A stretch of DNA of 64,000 nucleotides, taken from NCBI RefSeq assembly GCF_009914755.1, contig NC_060936.1. One strand, written 5' to 3'. The notes below the pieces were generated by a model. That model made no database searches. It was not told the origin of the DNA and saw nothing but the letters and a program-made list of their open reading frames with translations. Below, in pieces: positions 53,311-64,000 of the stretch. The first letter of the stretch is position 1. Each line of letters begins with the position of its first letter. Source of the stretch: the human T2T-CHM13v2.0 reference genome, Homo sapiens. The translations under genes and the position numbers were made by a program.

Positions 53311-54609
53311 CACAGGTAAAGTAATTTTTTTAAAAAGATTTCAAATGCACAGAATGTATTAAAATGAGATACTACTTCAATCATGGGAATGATTACATTC
53401 GATTACAGGTCCCAAGACTTACAGATGCAAATGAAAATAACTACTTCGCCACTTATTTAAGGAAGAAAGAAGAAAGGAATCATAGCACAGAGAATATATT
53501 ATTTCTCCAAGCCAGCCAACACCACAAATAGAGGAAACTTTTCCAGCTGATGGAATGACAACTTCAGTCAATTCTCCCATGGGGAAAAATGCTTTTTATG
53601 AACACTGTTCCTTCCAATTCAGCTCCATTTCACAGTGCATGATTATCTTCCATTTTATTGTCACCAAGGCACCAGAGAAAACAAATAGAATAAAGACAAC
53701 CATTATTAACAGGTAATAGATGTTTTTCTTGCAGTTTTAGTGGTAAATTAAACTTTAATGGCATCTGTTCACAATGAAAAATGTAACCACCTTAGTGATA
53801 AATATGCTTTAATTTCAAATGTCAAATTATAACTTGTTTTCATTTAAATGTAAAATAAATTCACTTTCCATCATAAGAAAGAATTATTACCCACAGTGGA
53901 AAAAATACCCAGAGAGGTAGTCATTACCCAGCTCCCTAAAGCCCCCTGTAATAGAGAATTATGTCAGCTCTTCCCAGGAAAAATCCCAGAACTGCCACTT
54001 AAGAGTCTTTCAGGGATTGATGTTTAATCACAGAAGAGACCAAATCAACACGCCATCCCATATTCCCCATCCTCATGAAGTTCTCTGGCTTCACTGGAGT
54101 TCACAGAGAAAGAGGCCATCCTACAATCCCTCCCTGCGCCAAACAAAATTAACACCAAAGAAAACCTCATAACTGTTTTAATTATAGACCTGAAAATTAC
54201 AACCAGCCCTCTTCTCCCCACAACAGTTGACAATGGTGATCTTCTCTTGAGCCATAAGAAACAGTCCTCCACTGCACACCTGGGTCTCCTGCTATGTGTA
54301 AGTAAAAGAGTAGCCAACAGAAGGCCACTTTCAACCTTCGAGAAGAAAAATAATAGCAGCACCCCCAGCTGCCTCACCCAAGGCAGACACAGCTCCCCAA
54401 AATGCTGCTCAGAGACTCCATGTTCTCAGTGTGACTCTCTCAGCAAGGGAGGCCCTTCAAGATCTGAGGTGCTGATCAGCAGGTAAGATAATCACTAACT
54501 CACAATTATACTTGGAAATCTGGATGTAGCCTACACTAAGAAGAAACCAGACAGCCACATCTACCACTTGGCCTATGCGCAGAGTTTAGCAAATGGCAAA
54601 GTTTTGAGC

Positions 54610-55246
54610 CAGAAATCAAGTTTAAGGGGCATCACAGTCCCACCTAGGATCATCCTATCTTCTGACACCAACTGTAAGTTTGGGGAGTTTTCAAAACCAT
54701 CCCCAGATTCAATAACTGGCTTGAAGGATTAAAAGCTCACTGAAGCTCTTCGACTCACAGTTACCATTTATTAAAGGGAAAGAACACAGATCAGAACCAG
54801 GTAAAGAAGAAGTGTGTAGAATGAAGTCTGGAAGGGTTCCCAGGAAGCTTTCACTGTGCTTTCCTGTGCAGTCAGGACATGTTACCCTCCTGCCATCAAG
54901 TGTGACAATATTCACAAGTATGGCCAACTAGGTAAGGGCACCTGAGCCTCAGTATTCAGGGTTTTTATTGGGGCTTCATCATGATTGATTGAACTCAATC
55001 TCCATGTTGCCCAACAGCTTATGACCCAAAGCACCACCCTAAATCACATGGCTAATCTTTCTGTCTTACTCAGCCCCGACCCCAGGACTTTCAGGTGTGG
55101 CAACTCCACCCTAAGCAGTATGTCTAGTTGCTACCCTAAATGAAGACACTCCTATCAGGCATGACATAAATCACCTTCCTGAAGCTGAGGACCAAGGTCA
55201 GACCTCTTTCTGAGGAGATTAAATGGTTAAATTCCTTACCACACCA
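54610..55246 (-). mobile_element. MER21-type LTR
   Basis: 'cttctgacaccaactgtaagtttgggg', 'gtttttattggggcttcatc', 'aagacactcctatc', 'aggaccaaggtcagacctct'. Confidence 0.8.
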
Positions 55247-55887
55247 CCTACTCTTAGGAATCATCCAGTATTTAAGAATTGCCAAATGGAGACCAGGGGC
55301 CAACGCAGACCCCCTTCATCTCCTTTGTTACGTCCATACAGCATCTGCCAAAACTTAAATTATAGTCACACAAAGATATGCATTTGTATTGGTTGGAACT
55401 CCGCTTCCTTTACAAGACAGACTTTGATTTTATGCATGATTATGAAAAAGGTACCATGGAAAAACACCCCTCCTCTGGTTCACCTCAGACGGGGAAAAGT
55501 CCCTCGTCAGACTCTTGGTCCTTACTCCTAAACAGAACTCCTGGTTTATCTTTTTGAGAAGATTGTTTACTGAAGGCTTACTCTGTTGTGGTCTGAGCCT
55601 TTGTCAAAGCGACTGCTTAATTTATTGTCGCCTTTGATGCAGGTAAAATTAGAACCCAAAGAGATTTCTGAGGGGAAAAAAAACAAAATATGGCATGCGA
55701 TTCTCTTTGAAGATCTATATTCATTTACCTAATTGGGTGTTTTCAGTTTTAAAACATCAGTTTTGCCTTCATAAATGAGGAAGAAATTAAAACCAAAAGC
55801 AACATTCTGCATTTGGATTCAAGTATCTTCCAAGTCTTTAGGGTCGATTTCTGCTGAGGGAAGAAACCATTAAGAAGAACAACGCTT

Positions 55888-56690
55888 ATTTTAGATTTCA
55901 CAGATAAATGAGAACCCGCGGTATTTGTTTGCCTGTCCCTGGTTTATTTCACTTAGTATAATGTCCTCCAGGTTCACCCATGTCACAAATGACAGAATTG
56001 CCCTCTTTTGAAAGGCTGAATAGTATTACATCGTGCATACATACCACTGTTTCTTAAACATTCATCTGCTGATGGACATATAAGTTGATTCTATAATTTG
56101 GCTACAGCTGAACTCCTAGAAGGAAAATGGAATGTAGCCAAAAGGCTGGCAGGGAGTGGGGGACAGACTAGGGAGAGAGTCAAAGGGCATAAAGTTTCAG
56201 TTAGACAGAATCTTCAGAATTAAAGATAAGTATTTGAGCTGATGAATATGTTAATTAGCTCCATTCCATCATTCCATATTATATACATATATTACAACAT
56301 CCGGCCAGGTGCGGTGGCTCACGCCTGTAATCCCAGCACTTTGGGAGGCCAAGGCAGGTGGATCCCTTGAGGTCAGGAGTTCAAGATCCCTTGAGGTCAG
56401 GAGTTCGAGTTTAGTAGAGATGGTGAAACCCCATCTCTACTAAAAAATACAAAATTTAGCCAGGCATCGTGGTGCTTACCTGTAATCCCAGCTACTGAGG
56501 AGGCTGAGGCAAGAGCTCAGCCTTGAACCTGGGAGACAGAGGTCACAGTGAGCCGAGATCATGACACTGCATTCCAGGCTGGGTGACAGAGCGAGACTCC
56601 ACCTCAAATAATTAAATAATAACATCGCTTTGTGTCCCATAAATACATACAATAATGATTTGTCAATATGCAGTAATTTTTTTAAAAAAA
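55888..56690 (+). mobile_element. L1MA with twin-priming 5' inversion, Alu inserted near the 3' end
   Basis: Antisense 55890-56104 then sense 'gctgaactcctagaag...'; TSD-like aagaacaa on both sides. Confidence 0.8.
56303..56620 (+). mobile_element. AluSx-like with internal rearrangements
   Basis: Dimer; 24-bp internal duplication and two hairpin replacements (see findings). Confidence 0.95.
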
Positions 56691-57200
56691 GAACAAAGTT
56701 TACAGAGGCTGGGTTGCTTTTTATTTTTTACTTCATTTAATCTTGTTGAACCTGCAACAAAATCTCTATTTTTTGAATCTCTTCCACAGAGGAGATATCA
56801 GTCTTTTATCTGAGTAAATTCATACAACTGATGCGAGATGGAAGAGCCGCCACCGACTCCAGCTTTCTGCCTTCCAATCCCTGGCTACATCTCCCTCTGA
56901 AACAGCCCTTTTTCCCTGGATCTGAGTCAGTTCTTCTCAGATCACATTGGGCTGCTTCTGACACTGCCCAGTGGCAGGTGGGGGTTGCAAGCGACTCAGA
57001 CACCTCAAAGGACCAGCAGATACCCTCACAGAGAGAGACAGATTCACAGTGCAACACACAAGTCCATTTCCACAGAAGAAAGACTCAGCCTATTTGCAGT
57101 TAGAGAGAAACTCTGTTAAAATCTAAGTGCTTTTATCTGTTGATTACATTTTTCAGCACATATTTTTTCTGTGTGTCACGGTGGTACTAAGGTTCATTTC

Positions 57201-57501
57201 TTTTTTCTTGTTTCTTTTGGAGATGGAGTCTTGCTCTGTCACCCAGGCTAGAGTGCAGTGGTATTAGCTCGGCTCATTCCAACCTCTGCTTCCCGGGTTT
57301 AAGTGATTCTCATGCCTCAGCCTCCTGAGTAGCTGCGATTACAGGCATGCACCACCACACCCAGCTAATTTTTGTATTTTTAGTAGAGATGAGGTTTTGC
57401 CACTTTGGCCAGGCTGGTCTTGAACTCCTGACCTCAGGTGATTTGCCCACCTAGGCCTCCCACTGTGCTGAGATTACAGGCATGAGCCACTGCACCCAGC
57501 C
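57201..57501 (-). mobile_element. AluSx-like
   Basis: Dimer; TSD ctaag(g/t)ttcatttc. Confidence 0.95.
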
Positions 57502-57820
57502 CTAAGTTTCATTTCCAAAAAGTGTTTTAAATTGTTTCTTTCAACATGAAAACTTTTGTTTGCATATTAATCTTATAAAAGTATTATCCTGTGTTACAGA
57601 AAAATGTGCTTTCTCGTTTACCTTAAAACAATATCACTCTGTCTATTTTCTCTCCACTTTTGGGACAGATGTGCATGATAACAATATATATTCAGTCAAT
57701 ACTTATGAGCCACACTGTGTCAGACACTGTTGTGTGCACTGTACATATATGAAATAGTATAATAGTGTAATCTTGTGTGCATATGTGAAATAGTGTAATC
57801 TACCCAACCCTACCAGGTAA

Positions 57821-58237
57821 TGCAATAGGCTGATAATGGCTTTAAAGGAGCCATCTGCATATCCTAATCCCAGGACCCTGTGCATGTGCCCTTCTTTGGA
57901 AATTGGGTCTTTGCAGATGTAATTAAGTGAAGGATCTCGAGATGCGCTGATCTGGGGATTACTTAGGTGGATGCTAAATTCAGTAAGTGTCCTTATCATA
58001 AGAGGAGAAGGCCCTGAGAAGGTGGAGACAGAGATTGGAGAGGTGCAGCCGCAAAGAATTTTGACAGAAACCAGAAAAGGCAAGGAAGGACACTTCCCTA
58101 GAGCCTCCGGCAGAAACGTGGCCCTGTGGACATTTTGAGTTTGGACTTCTGAGCTCTAGACTTCTGAAAATAGATTTAGTTTGTCTTAAGCACCAAGTAT
58201 GTGGTAATTTGTACGGCAGCCTCAGGAAACTAACACA
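57821..58237 (+). mobile_element. MLT1C-like LTR
   Basis: 'gggtctttgcagatgtaattaag...cccta.gagcctcc...ggaaactaacaca'. Confidence 0.85.
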
Positions 58238-58513
58238 GGCCCTAGGAGACATCACGTGCCTGCTTACAAGAAAGGGACAGAGGGAGATTGATGTGTAGAA
58301 GAGGGGGAGGCCATGCAGCCTCTGAGGCAGATTGGAGTGATGTGGCCACAAGCCAAGGAATGCCCACACCCTGGCAGAGGGAGGAAGGAAGAACAAATTC
58401 TCCCCTAGAGCCTTCGGAGGGAGCATGGTCCTGGCTACACCCTGATTTTGGTGCAGTGAAGCTGAGGTTGAACTTCTGGACTCCAGAACTGTGAGAGAAA
58501 GGATTACTGTCAG

Positions 58514-58516
<3 letters not shown>

Positions 58517-58568
<52 letters not shown>
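58517..58568. repeat. (TG)26 microsatellite
   Basis: Direct reading. Confidence 0.98.
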
Positions 58569-58570
<2 letters not shown>

Positions 58571-58571
58571 T

Positions 58572-58946
58572 GTTTTTAAAACTTTATGTTAAGTTCAGGG
58601 ACTCATGGGCAGGTTCGTTATATAGGTATAGGTAAACTAGTGTCACAAGGCTTTGTTATACAGACTATTTCATCATCCAGGTATTAAGCCTAGTATCCAT
58701 TAGCTATTTTTCCTGATCCCCTCTCCCCTCCCACCCTCCACCTTTCAATAGGCCCTAATGTGTGTTGTTCCCCTCTACGTGGGTCCATGTGTTCTCATCA
58801 TTTAGCTCCCACTTATATGTGAAAACATGCAGTATTTGGTTTTCTGTTCCTGTGTTAGTTTGCTAAGTATAATGGCCTTCAGCTCCACCCATATCCCTGC
58901 AAAAGACATGATCTCATTCTTTTTATGGCTGCATAGTAGTCCACGG
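58572..58946 (-). mobile_element. L1PA13-16-like 3' end
   Basis: 'aagttcaggg...ggtaaact.gtgtca...caggtattaagcctagta...aaagacatgatctcattctttttatggctgcatagta'. Confidence 0.88.
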
Positions 58947-59146
58947 GGAACTACTCTTGTTTTAAGCCACCAAGTTTGGGGCAGGTTGTTTTGGCAGCCA
59001 CAAAAGAATGGTACACATTTGTACAATATTTTTCCTGTTTCAAAGATGAAAAACTTTGAGGCCAAGGAGTTTAAGTAATTCATTTAAGGACACATAGCTA
59101 ATAATTGGTGAGATAAAAAACACACCTATCCTGTAAATTTAAAAAG

Positions 59147-59480
<334 letters not shown>

Positions 59481-59664
59481 AAGCCACTGCATACTCAGTG
59501 ATACATGCCAACTAACACCCAACTCCGTTGTCAGGGAGACAGTGGTACATGTCAACTTCAGGAGTTGTGGCCATTCACAAAGCCTTGCCCCATATGACAG
59601 ATCTTCTCATTTTTCAAGTGTAGCCTGAAATCTGTACTTTTGTCTTTTATTTCAAATCTCCTGA

Positions 59665-59985
59665 TTTTTTTTTTTTTTTTGAGACAGGGTCTCTCCGTCT
59701 CTCTCTGTGACTCAAGCTAGAGTGCAGTGGTGCAATCATAGCTCACTGCAGCCTCAACCTCCTTAGCTCAAGTGATCTTCCCATCTCAGCCTCCCCAGGA
59801 CTACAGGTGCACACCTGCAGCTAGGACTACAGGTGCACACCACCACAAACCTGGCTATTTTTTTTTTTTGTAGAGACAGGGTCTTGCTGTGTTGTCCAGG
59901 CTGGTCTTGAATTCCTAACCACAAGTGATCCTCCTATCCCAGCCTCCCAAAGCACTGGGATTACAGGCATGAACCACCACACCCA
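59665..59985 (-). mobile_element. AluJ with internal 'ggactacaggtgcacac' duplication
   Basis: Dimer; duplicated segment at 59798-59840. Confidence 0.92.
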
Positions 59986-60127
59986 CCTCTGATTTTGTAA
60001 TGTTAGTCCAAATTTAAAACAAAACAAAACAACAGCAATAACAACACTGGGCAGGTCTATCAAAATAGGTTCATGAGTTACCAATTTGCAACCCGGATAA
60101 AAGACGCTCCAGTCTGATTAATGCTAA

Positions 60128-60482
60128 TGTATTGTCCTGCTCCAGCTGCGGTAACAAAGTTCCACAGACCAACTGGCTGATACAACGGAAAGTTGTTTTT
60201 TCCAGTTTTTGAGGCTACAGTTCCAAAATTGAGGTGTCAGCGGGATTGATTGTTCTGCAGCTTGCAGATGCTGTCTTCTCCCTATGTCATTGCCTGACTG
60301 TCCCTCTGTCTGTGTGAGTCTGCACCCTACTCTCCTCTTCTTATAAGTAGACTAATCCTATACTAGTTTTACCTCAATTACCTGATTATAGGCCCTGTTT
60401 GCAAATATAGTCCCATGCCGAGGTACTTGGTGTTAGGACTTCAGCTTAGGAATTTTAGGAAGACACAATTTGGCCCATAACA
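60128..60482 (-). mobile_element. MLT1A/B LTR
   Basis: 'tgtattgtcc...taacaaagttccacagac...tgttaggacttca...gacacaatttggcccataaca'. Confidence 0.85.
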
Positions 60483-61229
60483 GTGAATCAGCAACTATTT
60501 ATGTGTTTAAACAGCACAGGAGACCTGGCCTGCTCTGGAAAGCAAAGACTTTCTCTGCTTTGCCCTTTTTATTTTCTTTATTAACTGGAACATAACAATT
60601 TGCCGTAGTGAGTCACTCAAAGTACACCAAATCCATCATCACTGTTTTTATTTTTTGCAAATGATTAAATATCACTTTCTTTCCATTTATAGCATCATCT
60701 AAGTGACAGCCTATCCATCAGCCTATCTGCTGATGTTTAACTACAGCATTTTGCATTCATTATTCCCTACTTATATCATTCTTTTAAAAAGAGGAATAAC
60801 TTAATTCTGCCTCTTGACAGCAGGGAAATTAAATGGTGAGCCATAAAGATGAGTGTTTCTCTGAAAAACAAAACATGAACTGCAGATCTACAAAACCAAG
60901 CCAGCAGTATGTCACCCTACACTAAGATATACAAGGACAAGCTGCTGGAAAATCCTCCCATTTCAGAACGTTGAAAAACCTTCTAACCTTGAGTGCAATT
61001 TGCCAAATGGTACAAGCACTTCGGGGAGCAATTTGACAACACAGGAAGTTGAAGATACAAATGCCCACAGATGCGGGGAGTCCACTGCCAGGGACACGCT
61101 CTGAAGCTTTGGCTTCCCATTTCAACTTCAACTTACACGATTCAGTAGATTTGGCATGGCTCTCAGAACACACACACACACAATCTTTGCATCTATGTGG
61201 GATGGACAACAATGCCCACTTACATTCTT

Positions 61230-62594
61230 GTCTTGGGGCTAGGCTCACACTCCCCAGAGTCCACAGACCTCTTGCCTTCCTGTGCCTCCCATTGAATATC
61301 ACATGAATTCCTTGCACTGATGACATCGTTCTGGTTGAACAAATTGAGTAACACAGGATGAGTGTACTGAAGACCTTAGGGAAGGCCCCTGTGCACCAGA
61401 GAGTGCAAGGACTCAGGGCCTAGTGGTCACAGGCCTGCAGGACGTCCTCTCTGACTTGAACAACAACTTGCTGCATCCAATACCACAAGGAAGGAAGCGA
61501 AGTGTCTGGTGGGCTTCTTCAGGTTTTACATCCAATACTGCAGCAGCCCACATACCATGTGATGTGCACAGCTGCCAGCTTTGACGGGTGCAGACAACAG
61601 GAAAGAACACCGCAGTTAGCACAGGGGTTGGTGCCATCAGCCCTAATGCTTGAGCCAAACCACCAGGAGGACTCTGTAGTGTTGGAGGTGCTCGTGGGGG
61701 AAGTTCCCACAGGAGAGTCACAACACAGGCCCCTGGGGCTCTGGAGCAAGTCCCCACCACCCAAGCAGCATCCTGTCCATTTTTAAAGAAGCAGCTTGTG
61801 TGGGGCCCCAGTAGACAGAACCCCTGACCACCAGAAACAAGTGGCCATGTGTCCGGAAATGTTCATGGTGGTTGGTTGGGTTCTGTCAGAACTAGTGTTC
61901 AGCTCTGAAGGGCCCAGCCTCTGTCCTTCGTAAGGAGTAAAAGGTACATCTGGGTCTCAGCTTGAGCAGATCTGAGGGCACTGATGGGTGATCGCGGCAT
62001 GTGTACTCAGCCCTTGTGGAGCCAGCATGTTTGTGTCAGTGCCTCACCTGCAGCTTGTTCCTATGCATTGTTCCCCCAGGAAACACAGGGAGAGTGTCAG
62101 GGACTACAAGGGAAGATGCCATCAGAGCACGTTGGGTCCTTTGTGTCCAGGGACCTGGAGTTAAGAACGTTTGCCATCCCAGTAGCATCATTGACCCTGA
62201 TTGGCAGAAAGAGGTGAGGCTGCTTTTCCAGACAAGCATAGGGAGAAGTCTGTGTGGGACCCAGTGGTGCATCTGAGTTGCCTCTTACTTCTCCTTCGTC
62301 CCACTTTAACTGGGAATGAAAATGTGCAGTAACTCTGACGCTTCCGGAAGGAAAGTTCAAGTCCTGCCACCAGGTGGGCTGCTGAGACCTGGGAAGAGCA
62401 CTAAGGGTGAGGGGCAGTTAGCATACCTGGTGGGGGGTGAGAGGATGAGAACTGATCTGATCCTGAGGCCAACTGCAGGAACGCGGGATGTGGTTGTCCC
62501 ACTCCCCTCTGTAGGAGAGTCCTATGAATCCATGGCGGAGCTGCTTCCTGGGCGTGCATGGAGAGGTGGACCCATGTGGCACAGGCGGTGAGCC
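61230..62594 (+). mobile_element. Decayed ERVL internal region (HERV16/ERV3-16A3-like): RT, RNase H and dUTPase remnants
   Basis: CTDDIVL at 61313-61333 (degenerate YIDDIML RT motif); KEAKCLVGFFRF at 61491-61526; 'AASFD..QQER..VLEV..PTGESQHRPLGLWSK' (ORF 61502-61786); 'IIDPDWQKEVRLL' dUTPase-like (ORF 62001-62276); frameshifts and stops throughout. Confidence 0.88.
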
Positions 62595-62999
62595 ATGAAG
62601 GCCTGAAAATGCTCTGCTCAGCTCTGCGGCCGTGAGCACCTCCTTGATTGAAGGCCACCCCCTCATAGCTGCAGAGACCATGCTTCCTGGACCTGCTCCT
62701 AGATCATGACTGACAATGGCCCCGGTGCTGAGGCAGGCCCCTTTCTGCAAGCTACAGACTCCTTTTGCAGGGACTTTGGCTTGAGGATTCCCTGTCCTTT
62801 TTGCTGAGTTACTTTCTGTCCAGTCCCCTGTCCTGCCTCCCCACCTTTCATAGGAGTCAGCCCTGCATCACATTCTGAAGAGTCTCTCCACTTTCTCGGG
62901 TCCCTTCCATTATCCTTCATAGGTGTTTCTCCCAGTAGATCTCTAGTGGTTCATATCCCTTCCTGGCTGCCACTTCCAGGGAGAAGTTAAATTAATACA
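62595..62999 (+). mobile_element. LTR16-family 3' LTR of the ERVL provirus
   Basis: 'ggagtcagccctgcatcacattctgaag..tctctcc...tatccttcataggtgtttctccca' ending 'taataca'; directly follows the internal region. Confidence 0.75.
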
Positions 63000-63276
63000 C
63001 CTTGTATAAAACATGAAAGACTCACTCTGACATCTAAGTAAAATGATAATGTTGCTATGGAGTTTATACTCAAATCATCATGAATTTGTCTGAACAATGC
63101 TCAAATAATAATAGTATTTTCCAAGATTTAATAAGCATTTACTCTGTGCCACATACTCTTTTAGGCACTTTGCATCATCATTTCCTTTCATGCTCACGTC
63201 TACCTTATGAAATAGTAATAGTAGTATTCCTGTCTTAGAGCTGAAGTAAATGAGGCTTAAAGATTTTAGGTATCTC

Positions 63277-63676
<400 letters not shown>

Positions 63677-64000
63677 CTATTTTATCCCGAACTCAATTAT
63701 TGCCTTTTGAACTTTCAGCAACAACTGTGAGTGTTGTATTCGGCTATCTCCTGGCTTTTCATTATTGTTATTTTTCTGCAATCACCCCCAGTTCTTTTTG
63801 AACCAAGGAGTCTGACCACTTCTGACCTCTTTAATGATTTTCCATATCATCTGACCCATGAAATCTCACACGCGACCCCATGTTACAGCTCTTGATGGTA
63901 TTTTAAAACACAGAAAAACCCTGGTGCTTATTTACAAGCTAAAATGGCCCATCTTGTCAGAAGGCCATGGCTTTTTCCTCGTGTCAGTGCACACATAAAA

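Larger units (their letters stand above)
58238..59015 (+). mobile_element. MLT1D-like LTR interrupted by (TG)26 and an L1PA
   Basis: 'gatgtggccacaagccaaggaatgc...ctccagaactgtgagagaa' resumes at ~58955 'ttgttttaagccaccaagtttg'. Confidence 0.8.

Overview
Primate (human-like) non-coding DNA, either intergenic or deep intronic. I could not name the locus. I found no credible host protein-coding exon, tRNA/rRNA/snRNA gene or CpG island, and most ORF-track entries are Alu/L1/LTR/simple-repeat read-throughs. Much of the window is interspersed repeat: about 19 Alu/FLAM copies, L1PA/L1MA/L1M and L2 fragments, MaLR (MLT1) LTRs, ERV1 solo LTRs (MER41, MER50, MER57, LTR1/27/28-like), ERVL LTRs (MER68, MER21, MLT2), DNA transposons (MER20, MER33, MER102, MADE1) and a decayed ERVL provirus with RT, RNase H and dUTPase remnants and a 3' LTR16-type LTR. 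The most unusual signal is repeated local templated copying. There are five non-tandem 140-340 bp duplications whose copies lie 0.3-2.6 kb apart (three direct, two inverted), several young tandem duplications or minisatellites, an Alu carrying two quasi-palindrome template-switch hairpins, and four 5'-inverted (twin-primed) L1 insertions. Repeat family names are from memory of consensus sequences, and percent identities are by-eye estimates. I found no evidence of a new gene system; the novelty candidates concern mutational mechanism and regulation.
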